This document shows positions 11,987 to 23,627 of a stretch of 64,000 nucleotides of DNA, piece by piece. Within the stretch, counting starts at the first letter, position 1, and the number at the start of each line of letters is the position of its first letter. A program made the translations under genes and the position numbers. Source of the DNA: Diplonema japonicum (Eukaryota; Protista; Euglenozoa: Diplonemea); the NCBI GenBank assembly GCA_964019335.1, contig OZ025748.1, forward strand, positions 248,001 to 312,000, given 5' to 3'. The notes below the pieces were generated by a model that did no database searches, had not been told where the DNA came from, and saw nothing but the letters and a program-made list of their open reading frames with translations.

Positions 11987-14416
11987 CCGTGTTATAAAAT
12001 CTGCTTGTGAGCTCAAACGCCAGAAGGGCGTATGTTGTCCCTCCCCCCCCTCTTTTCTCCTTTTTTATCATCTTCTAAAAAAAGAAAGAGAAGAAATCCC
12101 ATTTCCCCTCCCTCTTTCATTTGCCCATTTTTTTTGGCTAAAAATTTAAAAAAAAAAAAAAGAAAAACACACACACACACCACAAAAAAAAAAAAATGAA
12201 AAGAAAGAACGAAGGAAGAAAAAAAAATTTGGGTCATTTTCTTTTTTTCTCTCTTTTCTAGTCCTTTTTTTTTTTTAAATACGTTATTTCGGTTTCTTTC
12301 CTTTTTTTTTTTCCCCCTTCCTCTAAACCTTTTTTTTTATTATTTTGGCAGGATGTTGTTGACATTTCTGCCATCGTTGTAGGTTCACCCCCCCCCCTTC
12401 CCCCTTCTCTTTACCCTTTCATACCTTCTCCACAAACAACTTTTTTTTTAGAACAAAGAAAATATTGAAAAGATCCTTTCGAGGCAAGGAAAAAATTTTT
12501 AAAAAAAAAGAAAACTATAAAAGAAAAAGGTGAGTTACTTGCCCCTTCTTAGAAGACGAACACCAAAAAAAAAAGGGCACGTGAAAGCAAAACAAAGATC
12601 ATTCTTTTTTTTTTCCCCCTCTTTTTAGACAAAAAAAACCCCCCCCCCCACCCCTATTTAGGGTCATACTTTGCTGAATATTGCAATGTTGCACTCATCG
12701 ATCTAGCCAGACATCCGGCTCCCTGACTTTTTGTGACCCAGAACGAAATGGTGTGGAGGGTGTCTATCACAGTGGCTATTGAAGGAAAAAGAAAGAATGG
12801 AGAAAGAAAGAAAACTCTCCCCACTAGGGTCTCGAGTACAGCCTAAGTAATATTTTCTTCTTTTTTTTTTTTTTTATTGGACCAGGGAATGTAAAAAAAA
12901 AAGAGAAAAAAAAAAAGAAGAAGAGGAAAATAATTTCTCTTTGTGTGCCCCCTTATCCCCTTTCTTGCGTCTTGGTTCAATTACCTACCCCCCCCCCCCC
13001 CCCCCCCCTCCCTCCCCTCTTTCTTTTTCACGTAACTATTGCCCTGTAGAGTAAAAAGAAAAAAAAGAGCGGGGGCGTGTTCTTATCAACAAAAAAAGCT
13101 AATCTTCCTCGGGCTAAGGAAAAATGGGGAGGGGATATGAATGACATCCTTTTTTTTTCTCCCTTAGGCAGTAAGGGTTAAAAATTTGCATTCCCCCCCC
13201 CCCCCTTTCTCCCTGAACCTTTGCAGGAAGAATATGAGACAAAATGTGTTTTCTCTCTTTCCCCCCCCCCCCCCCCCCTCTCTTTCCCTTCTTTTAAGTA
13301 AGTATTTTAAACAAAAACAAGAACAAAAAAAAAAAAAAACAGGGGGGGAAAAAAAAACCCTTTTTTTTTATTATTGTCCACCCGGAAAACAGAAGATTTT
13401 TTTTTCTCTTTTTACAAACATCTGCTGAGGAAAGTGAGCTGGAGATATGGTCCTGTTTACCATTCTTCTTTTTCGGGGGGGGGGGGGGGGAGAGAATATT
13501 CGCGGGGAAAAAAAAAACAATTACAGAGGCGTTATGAGATACAAAAAAAGTTTTTTTTTTACTGCTTACCGTCTTCGACGAGCCCTTATTTGTGAAGTTT
13601 TGTCATTACTACTAAGGACCTTTCGCTTCTTTTTTTTTTAGTTTATTTTCCGCCCCCCCCCTTTCTCGCTTAATTATTTTTTTCTCCCTCTTTCTTTTTC
13701 GTTTTGTGCCGTTCCGTCCATCTCCTTTCTTTACACTGGATAAAGAGCAAAAGAGTTTTAGGGGCCTGAACAGGACAGTGCGCAAGAGGATAAGAAACAA
13801 CGAGGGTTTTTTTTTTTTTTTTTTTTTTCTTTTTTTTTTTCCGAGACAAAAAAAAAAGAAAGGAAAAAAAAAAAAAAAACTAAAGAAAGGAAAAAAAAAA
13901 AAAACTAGAATGGAAAATCTGTCACCCCCCCCCCCCCCCCTTCCTTCCCCCCTTTTACCACGCACACACATATTTTATATTTCTTTTTTTTCTCTTTTAT
14001 TTTATTCTTCTTTTCCCCACCCTTCTTTTTTTTTTTTTTTCCTTCCCCCATTTTTTTTTTTTTTTTATATTCTTCCCATTTTATTTACCCCTTCGGATTC
14101 TAATTTGATTTCCTCCGAAAATTATTTTGACGGGAAAAAAAGAAAATCTCCAAGGTGCACTCCGAGAAAATTCACACAAATGAACTAAGCAAGCTCTATA
14201 AGGCACTTTTTCCCTTCTTTTTTTTCTTTAAAACCCCCGTTGCTGCAATGGCCAATGCGGATCCCATGGCCCTCAAAGGATCAGGCAAAATTAATTGGGG
14301 GGGGGTCTCGGGCAGATTCAAGATCAAGGCAATTTTTTTTTTTTTTTTTTTCGAAGACGAAGGTGGGGGTGGAGGGAAAAAAAAAAAAAAAGAAAAAAGA
14401 AGGGGGAAAAAAAAAA

Positions 14417-15070
14417 ATGTCGTTTGCCGATATAGGGCAGGACCAGCAATACACAGAAGAGGATTTCGAGATTATCGAAGCAAAGACCAAGGCACACAAG
14501 AAGGAGATCTCGCAGGGGCTGCAGAGGTGTGACCGTATTGTCCAGGAAACGAACGCGCAGGCCGCTACCACAAATGTCGAGCTCAGACGGCAGGGGGAGG
14601 TGATCAAAGAAATCGAAGAAAAAGTGGACCACACCGAGGAAAGTTTGAACTATGCGGACCACCTCGTGAAGAGCATCGACTCCTTTTGGTACGCGCTGAA
14701 CCCCTTTAAGAAGAAGAAGAAGAAAAAGTCACCAGACGCACAAACCGGTTTCACACCTTCTGAGGCTACGGAAGCATCCTCTTCAGGTGCATCCGCGGCT
14801 TACAAGTCTTCGCGCGTGCCAGCAAGTCGGTCGAAAAAGATTTCAGAAGAACAGGCCCTCGAACAGGAGCAGGCAACTGGCTTTTCACACGGCGACCAAC
14901 AAGCTCTCAATAACATCCACCACGGGCTTCAAACCTTGAAGGAGCAAATGGTCATTTCTGGGGATCAGATCGACGCGCAGAACAAGGACCTGGACAGGCT
15001 GGGGCCTAAAATGGAGCATACAACCAACCGTATGAAGAAGACTACTGGTAAGGTTAAATCGATGTGTTGA
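14417..15070 (+). CDS. SNAP-25-like Qbc SNARE
   Basis: MSFADIG...; two SNARE coiled-coil motifs (TNVELRRQGEVIKEIEEKVDHTEESL and LNNIHHGLQTLKEQ...QIDAQNKDLDRL) joined by a linker; no TM anchor. Confidence 0.85.
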   Translation: MSFADIGQDQQYTEEDFEIIEAKTKAHKKEISQGLQRCDRIVQETNAQAATTNVELRRQGEVIKEIEEKVDHTEESLNYADHLVKSIDSFWYALNPFKKKKKKKSPDAQTGFTPSEATEASSSGASAAYKSSRVPASRSKKISEEQALEQEQATGFSHGDQQALNNIHHGLQTLKEQMVISGDQIDAQNKDLDRLGPKMEHTTNRMKKTTGKVKSMC

Positions 15071-15098
15071 GGAGGAAGAGGCGGGAATGTTTCATACT

Positions 15099-15147
<49 letters not shown>

Positions 15148-16256
15148 GCTTCTGGATTCTCACACAAAAAAAAAAGAAAAAATAGAGAAAGAAAAAAAGA
15201 AAAAAAAAAGAAATAGTAATTCTTAGAAGGGGAAAGTTTTTTTTTTTTTTATTTCGTGTGATTTTTTTTTTTTTTTCTGTCCTTTTAGGTGGGCCGTTGC
15301 TAACCATCATAGTGAATTTTTTTTATACCCCTTTTCGGCATCTTGGGGGGGCCCGACGGCAGATGACCACTCTTCTCCTCGAGCTAAACCGCCCCCTACC
15401 TAGAACGACTCCAATGTAATGTTTCTCGCCAAAATTCAGCCGTCGATTTCATTGCGACAAACAAGGGGGGATGTTTGGATTAAAATAAAGTAGTTCGTTT
15501 CCCCCCGTTTTCATATTTTCCTAACGCTCCATATTCGCTAAGTGACCCGCCCTATGTCCCAAAGGGGTTATAGGGGGCTATAGGGGAAAAATTGCCAAAA
15601 ATGCCCAAAGGTTCATTGAATTTTTTTTTCCAAAAAATCCATATGTCGAACATGAAAGAACGGTGAGTTCCAAGGAAGTTCCAAAAAGAATTTTCCAAAA
15701 AAAAAATATTGGGGGCCAACCAAAATGACCTTGGAAGTCGCCATTTTGAGTTATGGCCATTTTTGCCAAACTTTTGCACTTTCCCTTTGAAAAACATGGT
15801 TAACAGGGTTCGATCCCAGAAGCCAGCATCTTCCTGACCAGTAGTTCAGCCGAAAATATTTTCGAGTTCCTTTCCCTTCCTTCCCCTTCCTCTCACTGTT
15901 TCCCATTTCCCCTTTTTTTTCACACTCACCAATGATTCGCTCAATAGGAGCAATACCTCCCTGGGGGGCTTTCCGCCGGAGGTTCCAGCCAAAGAAGGAC
16001 ATCCAGCTGGAAGGTAGGCCCCCGTTTTTCTCTCACTTGACTGAGGGAATAATGTAATTCAGCCCTCTTCGGCTGTCCCAAAGCAGAGCACGGGTTGGTG
16101 GGGGACCAGGGCTCCTCCTGCTTGCAGAAGCCTGGTCCTTGCCCTCCCTATTTCCCCATGGTTTCCCTTCACCTTTTTTCCTTTTTCTCAGGTGTTGCTC
16201 TCCATGGCGGCCCTGCATTGGTATTTTGAAAAAAGAAAAAAAAAAATATTTTCGAA

Positions 16257-16335
16257 GGCCTAGTAGTCTAGTTGGGGGGCTTTGCCCTGTACCTAGGCGA
16301 AGCGGGTTCAAACCCCACTCCAGCGGATTTTTTTT
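16257..16335 (+). pseudogene. tRNA-like Pol III cassette (A box, B box, T-run) inside the transposon
   Basis: A box TAGTCTAGTTGG 16264-16275, hairpin TTTGCC-ctgtaccta-GGCGAA, B box GGTTCAAACCC 16305-16315, T8 at 16328-16335; acceptor stem does not pair. Confidence 0.55.
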
Positions 16336-16540
16336 AGGCTCACCACAGGGGAGAAACGGCAGCCTAAACCGGTATTTCCGTGAAAGCTTTTCGTAAGCTT
16401 GTGGGAGTCTAGTTGAGAAAAGTGCAGTTTTGAGGGAAGGGCAGCTCTTAACATTGTAAGATTGTTAGTTGTTAGTCAGTAAGCATAACAGTCCTGTCCT
16501 CTGCACTTCGGCCGTAATCACCAAATACAAACGGGTGGAG

Positions 16541-17600
16541 ATGACGAGAAGGTCAAAGAGGGTTCCATAAGGGAGTTTATAGTTGAAGAGACAGATGCGC
16601 GTCTACGCCGTCCACCACAGGGCAACGTACAGTCCAAATGGCATGGCATAGTCATTTGAAAGTGACGTTGCCTTTGGGGCAGAAGTTATTTCTGCTTGGA
16701 AGGTACTTATGTGGGATCACCGGTCACGTTTGCGTTGGAAGATCCTTGACCGCGTGCCCTGGTTTGATGACCAGCCTGAACGGAACGGAGACTATGAAAC
16801 AAGCAGTGACGACGACCGGAGAATACTTCCTACTCCTGAGAGTACACGGGCAACTCGAAGGGAAAGACCAAGCAAGCCCTTCCAGCCAGCAGAGAGCCTC
16901 AGACAACGAGGACTCCAGATGGACAGGATCGCGATAGCGGAGTACAGCCACAAGGAGCTCCACTACCGGGTCCACTACACAAAAGAGGGCAAGAAGTGAA
17001 ATCTCAGAGCAGACGGGGTGGAAGTGCCATATGCAGGCAAAAACAAAGGATGGCACCCCAGCCTCATCTTGTACAAGAAGCACAAGACCGAGGAAGCAGG
17101 GGAGGGCCACCCGAGGCACAACAGAGGACATGGACAACCTCCCCAACGCAGCAGCAAGAAGACATCAGTACCTCACCCCCCCCCTTCCTCCTCCTCCCTT
17201 CCTGCTGTTCTACTTCGGGTGGATCAAGCGTCTGAAGAAACAGATTTTTCTGGTGACCCCTACTCTTCAGTGTACTAGTTTCTTTTCATCATTATTCTGT
17301 GTTGGTCACCGAACACACCAACACCGGCTGAGGAAGACGCAGTACAACTTGCTGGAAATGGTGGCAAAACGAGACCAGCTTCTCCAGGACAAGAGAATGC
17401 TAGAAACGTACACGACGCACCCCTGGAACAGATAACGGAAGGAAACGCTCATGCACACCACCTGAGTGGTAGGAGCTGAAGAAGCACGTGAGCGGGAGCC
17501 TGATGATGAAGCACGGAGAAGACATTATCAAGTAGCTCAGGAAGCTGAAGTAGTACGACGGACCGAGGAAGACGAGTCACCGCAATGGAACTCGTACTAG
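16541..17600 (+). pseudogene. Decayed cargo ORF inside the transposon
   Basis: Coding-like, purine-rich sequence broken by several stops (...MWDHRSRLRWKILDRVPW...MDRIAIAEYSHKELHYRVHYTKEGKK*...); no transposase motif recognised. Confidence 0.5.
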
Positions 17601-17823
17601 ACTTCGAGAACAGGGAAAGAGGTAGAGATAAGTAGACAAGGACGTTCCAGAACAGGAACCTCCTTTATCTCATCTCTTATTCTGTGTTTATTTCATCACA
17701 GTGTTGATCCTGAGGCACGTCGTGAGTGTGTATCGCGGAGGATATCTGGTGTGGAAAGAAGGGAACCTACTCCACCCACTAAGCCGGATGCCTGAGTAAA
17801 GATGGGGGGTCACAGTTTTGAAT

Positions 17824-17912
17824 TCCTGTGTGGTAGAGTGGTTACCGTGCTCACCTGTCAGGCCCCCTTGTTCCAGGAGTCGCGGGTTCGAATCCCGACG
17901 CAGTGGTTTTTT
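17824..17912 (+). pseudogene. tRNA-Asp(GUC)-like pseudo-tRNA inside the transposon
   Basis: A box TGGTAGAGTGG 17831-17841; CTGTCA anticodon-loop-like; B box GGTTCGAATCC 17885-17895; acceptor TCCTGTG/CGCAGTG pairs 6/7 including G-U; G discriminator; T6 terminator; anticodon stem broken by extra sequence. Confidence 0.6.
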
Positions 17913-18151
17913 CATCAGGGTTCGAACCCCACTTGTGCCGTGTTTTTTCCACCGGAGCTGCTTCATTTTGTATAGTACAAAGTAAGGCAAATCACCAAAA
18001 AAGTTTTTATTACAAAAAAAAATTCCATATGTCGAACATTGGGCCACGGACGCAAATAAATCCATTCCAGCCCTAGAAAAAGCAATTAGAAATTTTTTTA
18101 GCTCTTCAAAATGCGGGTTCTGGTGGGTCACTTAGCGAATATAGAGCGTAA

Positions 18152-18186
<35 letters not shown>

Positions 18187-18679
18187 CGCTCTTTTCTCTT
18201 CCTTTTCGTTTTTTTTTTTTTTTTTTTTTTTTTTTTCCTCTTCCCCTCCACAACCTCTTTGTGTTTTTTATTATTATTATTATTATTTTTATCTCACATT
18301 TTGTCTGCGCGCAACCCTCCGTCTGTCTAGCCACATTTCTGTCGTTTTAATAATCGATAACCACCAAGCCAAGTGCCGCATTTCAGGTGAAAAGTTGAAC
18401 CCTGACAAATGCGAGAGCACACATTCTTCAAAAAAAAAAAAATAAATAAATAAATAAATAAAATAAAATAAAAAAAGTAAATAAAATTTTAAAAAAAATA
18501 AAAACAAAGATCAAAAGGTTTGAACTGCCTTTCGATGATCTTCGCCCTACCAAGTCTCAGAAAAATAAAAAAAATAAAAAAAAAGAAAAAATGTTTTTTT
18601 TTTTTCGTTTTTATAATATAAAAAAAAAAAAAAAAAAAAAATAAATAAAAAAAAAAGGAGAGGGCGGGTGAGGTGTTAC

Positions 18680-19822
18680 ATGGAAGATGCGAACAACAAA
18701 GACACAGAACAGCTCTGTCACGATTGCCTACGACCGAAGTCTGCCAGCAAATTCTGTCAAGAAACAGGACACGAGCACCGCCGTGCTCCTGATGGGATCC
18801 CCGGCCTGACCCTAGCCTCGAGACTGTCGACTGCTGGCTTGCGACGTGTCTCCTCCGCGATGGGAGGCAAAAAACGCCCGTCCACCGCAGAACCGTTGAG
18901 ACGCGCAAACAGCAGCGTCAGGTTTGCAACGTACGATGAAAACGACGACGGTACGATGACACCAAGACCGGGCGAGGATCCGTTCAAAAACAACTGGAAC
19001 AGCTTCAGAAAGAACAGCAATCAAAACCCAAGTTCACAATCATCGGCACCTGTGATAACCAAACGCAACAGCACCTCCTTCAGACGGGGGATGAGCATGG
19101 CGACGGGCGCTGTACACCAGTTCGCCATCAACAAGGAGTACACCGACAAGCAAGACGAAGAGGTCCAAGATCTTCAGGACCAACGTGACGAGCTGCAGCG
19201 CTTTGTGGACGATCGCGAGACACTGCTCGACAACAGCGGGTTCAGGTTGAACAAGTTCCAAGACGACTGTCTACAGGCCATCATTGCACGTCGCGTCGCC
19301 TGCAAGATGCTCCGCGGGCTGCGTTCAAAGTCTATCACTAAAACCGCCGACGAACCCGGACACGGCGGCCGTGGTATCAGACGAACCTTAATGCACCGCT
19401 CTGTCTTGAACAAAGGTCCATTGGGAAAGGTGTTCGTTGAGGCTCAGAGAGTTGCCGCCAGCGCCAAATCCCGACCGTCGTCTGCACCAATATCCGGTAG
19501 GCTCGTTAAGCCAGCAATTAATGGTGCTTCCGATCCCCCTGCCATTGCTGCCTGGCGGCACCTTTCGCGGTCGAGGGCGAATAACCCCACTTTGCTCGCA
19601 TTTGCTTCCACTCAGTCTGATCAGCTGCAGGTGCTCACAACGAAGATCGACTGGAACACTCTTCTAGACAATCAAACGTCGCAGTTTATGAACTTGCGTG
19701 CTGCTGATGAGGGGTACCGCTCCATGCTGGACAAGTACGAGAAGTACCAGGCGTTGATCCAAAAGAGGCTTGACAACCTGCTCAGCCTTGACACGCTTGT
19801 TCCGGTTTCCACTGGGATGTAG
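18680..19822 (+). CDS. Hypothetical protein with N-terminal Cys/His zinc-finger-like motif and coiled coils
   Basis: MEDANN...CHDCLRPKSASKFCQETGHEH (C-x2-C-x9-C-x2-TG-x2-H); ~380-aa ORF. Confidence 0.75.
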   Translation: MEDANNKDTEQLCHDCLRPKSASKFCQETGHEHRRAPDGIPGLTLASRLSTAGLRRVSSAMGGKKRPSTAEPLRRANSSVRFATYDENDDGTMTPRPGEDPFKNNWNSFRKNSNQNPSSQSSAPVITKRNSTSFRRGMSMATGAVHQFAINKEYTDKQDEEVQDLQDQRDELQRFVDDRETLLDNSGFRLNKFQDDCLQAIIARRVACKMLRGLRSKSITKTADEPGHGGRGIRRTLMHRSVLNKGPLGKVFVEAQRVAASAKSRPSSAPISGRLVKPAINGASDPPAIAAWRHLSRSRANNPTLLAFASTQSDQLQVLTTKIDWNTLLDNQTSQFMNLRAADEGYRSMLDKYEKYQALIQKRLDNLLSLDTLVPVSTGM

Positions 19823-19979
19823 AGGGGAAAAAAAAAAAAAAAAAAGGTTTCCGTGTGTATACAAAAAAAAAAAAAAAAAAAAAGAAAATGAAGAAAAAAA
19901 TTGTTATTTAGTCTTTCCCACTCCCTCCCACCCCCACCCCCTTTTCTGTTCAAAAATACTTCCCATCAAGCGACGAGAT

Positions 19980-22367
19980 ATGATGGTGATCCCTGGGTCG
20001 CGGCGGGGGGTGAAACGACGTTTCAGGGACGTTGAAGAACCGCTCAAAGAAGCCGATCAAGAATTGGATTTGTTCAACTGGGGTGAATCGTCGCCGTGCT
20101 CACAGGAAAAAGCCCCTGCCTCCACGCCCGTCCCAACCTCTGCTAAGAAAGCGAAGAAGGTACTCAAACAACACCCATGGATCCCCAACGAGCTTGTTGA
20201 GACTGCAGATGCAATACAAGAACTCACCGACGAGAAAGGGTACGTTTTGCCGGGTAGGAACGTCCCGGACGAAATATTTCTCAAGGTGTTGGAGGTTGGA
20301 TGGGGTTTCAAGGAGTTTCGCAAAGGCCAGTTGGAATGCATACAAAGAACTGTGTGCAGCAGAAGCTGTCTGTGCATCCTCCCAACGGGAATGGGGAAGT
20401 CGCTGTGCTATCAGTTCTGTGTGCTGTGGTTTCGCCTTGCGACCCCTGCGAAGCCTGTTTTATGTGTCGTTATCTCACCTCTCATCGCACTAATGACGGA
20501 TCAAGTGAAGAATCTACCTAAGCTGGTAAATGGAGCATTGATGTCAAGTGCTACCAATATTGACACGCAAAACCGTCTTATCGCAAAGGTGAAGACGGGT
20601 TTGCTGAACATTTTGTTCATTTCGCCGGAGCGCGCGGCCAACTCGCAACCCTTTTCAAACTTTTTGACGCAGCTGCGCGAACACATCTGCTTCGCATGTA
20701 TTGACGAGGCGCACTGTCTTTCAGAATGGTCGCACAACTTCCGTCCATGTTACCTCCGCTTGCGTGACTGTTTCATCTCACATCACGCAATCAACACAGT
20801 GATGGGCTTAACGGGTACTGCCACGGTGGCGACCACGAAGGACATCAAGCAGTTGCTTAGTTTAGATGATGGCGATGTCGTCCGGCATGTCGATCATCGT
20901 GACAATTTGAAACTGTCGTGCGAGATCGTCGACAGCAAGCTGCAGGACAAGAACGACAGGGAGCACCAGTGGTTGGCGAAGGTTGTCAGCGTGCTGCAGC
21001 AGCCGCCCTTCGACACCGGCAGCGTAGTGGTGTATGTCAACACACAGAACAGCGCTGAGATCATCGCGGATCACCTGCAGCTGCGTGGGATCGATGCCAT
21101 TTCATACCATGCAGAATGCTCTGAACGACAATCGCGGCAAACCAAGTTCATGACCGGTGCTGTTCGGGTCATCGTTGCCACGGTAGCGTTCGGCATGGGT
21201 ATCGACAAGGCTGACGTGAGGGGTGTCGTGCACCTTCGTCTCCCGCCCTCTCTCGAGTCTTACATTCAAGAGATCGGCCGTGCGGGACGCGATCACCTCC
21301 CAGCACATTGCACCGCCGTGATCCGTCCGGAGGACTACTTCACAACACGTTCTTCGATTTACAAAAACATGATATCGTTGGAAACCTGTGAATACCTCGT
21401 CAGATCTGTTTTGGAGGTTGGTTCGAAGGAGCTTCATCGAGACTTGGAAGCGGCGAGCGGCAGTGTTGTGCATCATGCTCAGCTTGACAGGTTGTCCCGT
21501 GCGACTTCGACGACACCAGAGGTCGTCGAGACGCTCTGCACGGTGTTGGGGCAGATGTTTCCCGGGCTTGTCGCATTGAAGGGTCAACACCACACAACAT
21601 GTGCCATCACACTCCCCACTGGGTACGACTCAGGAGACACAACAGAAACCGCGTCTACACTTACCCTCCTGGGCGACGAGTGGGTTCAGAAGGATGTTGT
21701 TCTAGAATACATCCGAGGGCTGCAGCGTTCGGCTGCCATGTCATCTACAAAGACAAAGTACTTGGGAACAACAAACAGAGTCAGTATGGACATAGTTAAG
21801 GCCACCAGACAGCTGGGCCTCACGTCGGACGTCATTATGGGGAAGATCGAGGAGTACAAGAAGAAGTGGAAGTGGCGTGTGGCACTTCGTGACAACGCCA
21901 TGATATGCACGCTTTACAGAACAGTGAGCGAACAAGAGGCGCATGACATCGCGTCAGCCGTCCACGCCCAGCTGGAGAAGATTCGAAATGCAGAAGTAAC
22001 GAAGCTTAACATCTGCCACGGGTTTCTTAGTAAGCTTGCTAAAGCACCGAAGAACTACCCCTCGCACCTTGTGCTCAGCACCTACACCACAGAGGACCCT
22101 AATTCTGACTTTTCTGTTGCGAAGTCGCATGCCAGTGTGCCCCCGCCCCCTGCTTCAACTCCGTGTGTCGTTCCGCATACTGCTATTCAAAAGGCAGTTC
22201 GTGCGGATCCTGCTGCCCTTTCAGATCCCCTTTATGTGGCCAAGATCTGTTATGGTATCCTTCCGGGGCAAACAGCCCTGCCGGACCACCCCTTGTGGAA
22301 GGTGTACCCGGATCATGATTTCAACTGGCTGATGGCACAGGCACGCGAGGCCGTCGAAGACGACTAA
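19980..22367 (+). CDS. RECQL4: RecQ-family DNA helicase, RECQL4-like
   Basis: Motif 0 FRKGQ; motif I LPTGMGKSLCYQ; VISPLIALMTDQ; CIDEAHCLSEWSHNFRPCYLRL; ATVAFGMGIDKADVR; YIQEIGRAGRD. The upstream part of the raw ORF is homopolymer spacer. Confidence 0.9.
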   Translation: MMVIPGSRRGVKRRFRDVEEPLKEADQELDLFNWGESSPCSQEKAPASTPVPTSAKKAKKVLKQHPWIPNELVETADAIQELTDEKGYVLPGRNVPDEIFLKVLEVGWGFKEFRKGQLECIQRTVCSRSCLCILPTGMGKSLCYQFCVLWFRLATPAKPVLCVVISPLIALMTDQVKNLPKLVNGALMSSATNIDTQNRLIAKVKTGLLNILFISPERAANSQPFSNFLTQLREHICFACIDEAHCLSEWSHNFRPCYLRLRDCFISHHAINTVMGLTGTATVATTKDIKQLLSLDDGDVVRHVDHRDNLKLSCEIVDSKLQDKNDREHQWLAKVVSVLQQPPFDTGSVVVYVNTQNSAEIIADHLQLRGIDAISYHAECSERQSRQTKFMTGAVRVIVATVAFGMGIDKADVRGVVHLRLPPSLESYIQEIGRAGRDHLPAHCTAVIRPEDYFTTRSSIYKNMISLETCEYLVRSVLEVGSKELHRDLEAASGSVVHHAQLDRLSRATSTTPEVVETLCTVLGQMFPGLVALKGQHHTTCAITLPTGYDSGDTTETASTLTLLGDEWVQKDVVLEYIRGLQRSAAMSSTKTKYLGTTNRVSMDIVKATRQLGLTSDVIMGKIEEYKKKWKWRVALRDNAMICTLYRTVSEQEAHDIASAVHAQLEKIRNAEVTKLNICHGFLSKLAKAPKNYPSHLVLSTYTTEDPNSDFSVAKSHASVPPPPASTPCVVPHTAIQKAVRADPAALSDPLYVAKICYGILPGQTALPDHPLWKVYPDHDFNWLMAQAREAVEDD

Positions 22368-22584
22368 AAAAGAAAAAAAAATAATAATAATAAAAGAAAA
22401 GAAAGAAAGAAAAAAAAAAGATTTTTTTTTTATTATCCTATGCTATAGAAAAGGCAAAAGAATTTTTTTTTATTATTATTGTCAAAATCCCCCCCCCCCC
22501 CCCCCATCCCCTCTGTATACTTTTTTTCCTTTTTTTTTTTCCCCCCTTCTTTCTGTCGATTTTTTTTTCTCTTTTTTTCTCGTA

Positions 22585-22618
<34 letters not shown>

Positions 22619-22655
22619 TAACAAAAAAAGGGGGAAAAAAGGCAAAAAAAAAAAA

Positions 22656-23627
22656 ATGCACGATAGGAAACGTGAGGAGCAGTCCGAAACGGAGAAGAGG
22701 AACACGGCAGCGAAGATCGCAGCTTACAAGAAGTTGTGCGAGCTGTGCATCGGGATGAGGAAGCAGAACCTCCACACGCTGGAAGCCTACAAAACGGTCG
22801 AGAAAATTCTGTTGATCAACCCCGAGTTCTACACCATGTGGAACTACAAAAAAGAAATCCTCAACGCGCTGATGAAAGGCGACCGAAAGCGGGTAATCTA
22901 CGGAAGCGGCGATGTAATCGAAGGCGTGGCAGAGACAGCGGAACAAATCAACGCACGCTGGTTCACATGCGAGCTCGCCTTCAACCAAAAAATCATTAAG
23001 GACCGCGATCATAAGTCATACTGCACGTGGCACCACCGGAGATATCTTGTGAAGAATATTCTGTGCGCAGATTTTTACAAAGACACCCTTCGCACCGAAA
23101 AAGCGCTTTGCGAAAAACTTCTATTGGTGGACGACCGGAATTTTCACTGCTGGGGATACAGGGCTTGGATCACAGAGAGGCTGCAAACGTTGGGTGAATT
23201 TTCTGAACAAACCGAACTCGATCACGCCAAGGTAAGACTTTCATCTAATTTCTCCAATTATTCTGCTTGGCATGCTAGGGGGAAGATCGTCCAAGCATCC
23301 CCTGCCCAGACGACAAAGGATTCCTTAGTGTCCGAGGATATTGCCCTAGCAGAGAACGCTTTTTACACTGAGCCGTCCGACCAGTCGGCATGGATCTACG
23401 GGTACTGGGCCCTGACTCTCAGCCAGGCATCACCCCCCGACACCCCTCTTGAGGCCTTCAAGGCTTACGCAACAGAGTTGCACGAGGATGATGAGTCTTG
23501 TAAGTGGCCCGCCCTCACCCTGCTGCGATACGAAACAGATCCAACAAAACGGGTAGAATTGATCGAAGGCCTTATTGAAACCGATCCTATGAGGGCTGGG
23601 TACTACAGGGATTTGTTGCAGGGTTGA
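22656..23627 (+). CDS. RABGGTA: Rab geranylgeranyltransferase (GGTase II) alpha subunit
   Basis: MHDRKR N-terminus; PPTA repeats NPEFYTMWNYKK, KSYCTWHHRR, RNFHCWGYR, NFSNYSAWHAR, YTEPSDQSAWIY; C-terminal DPMRAGYYRDL. Confidence 0.9.
   Translation: MHDRKREEQSETEKRNTAAKIAAYKKLCELCIGMRKQNLHTLEAYKTVEKILLINPEFYTMWNYKKEILNALMKGDRKRVIYGSGDVIEGVAETAEQINARWFTCELAFNQKIIKDRDHKSYCTWHHRRYLVKNILCADFYKDTLRTEKALCEKLLLVDDRNFHCWGYRAWITERLQTLGEFSEQTELDHAKVRLSSNFSNYSAWHARGKIVQASPAQTTKDSLVSEDIALAENAFYTEPSDQSAWIYGYWALTLSQASPPDTPLEAFKAYATELHEDDESCKWPALTLLRYETDPTKRVELIEGLIETDPMRAGYYRDLLQG

Larger units (their letters stand above)
15525..18148. mobile_element. Non-autonomous DNA transposon, 2624 bp, 27-bp TIRs, TAA target-site duplication
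   Basis: Left TIR CGCTCCATATTCGCTAAGTGACCCGCC (15525-15551) matches the reverse complement of 18122-18148 at 25/27; TAA at 15522-15524 and 18149-18151; shared subterminal CCATATGTCGAACAT (~15639, ~18025); far fewer long homopolymers than the flanks. Confidence 0.85.

Noticed and set aside
14248-14416. Upstream exon for the SNARE (MANADPMALKGSG...)
   Set aside because: No convincing splice junction, and the SNARE looks complete from ATG 14417.
16125-16880. Peptide EGKDQAS appears in both a + strand and a - strand ORF inside the transposon
   Set aside because: Only 7 residues with unrelated flanks; most likely coincidence.
17824-17906. Functional tRNA-Asp gene
   Set aside because: The anticodon stem does not pair and the D arm is shifted; kept only as a pseudo-tRNA.
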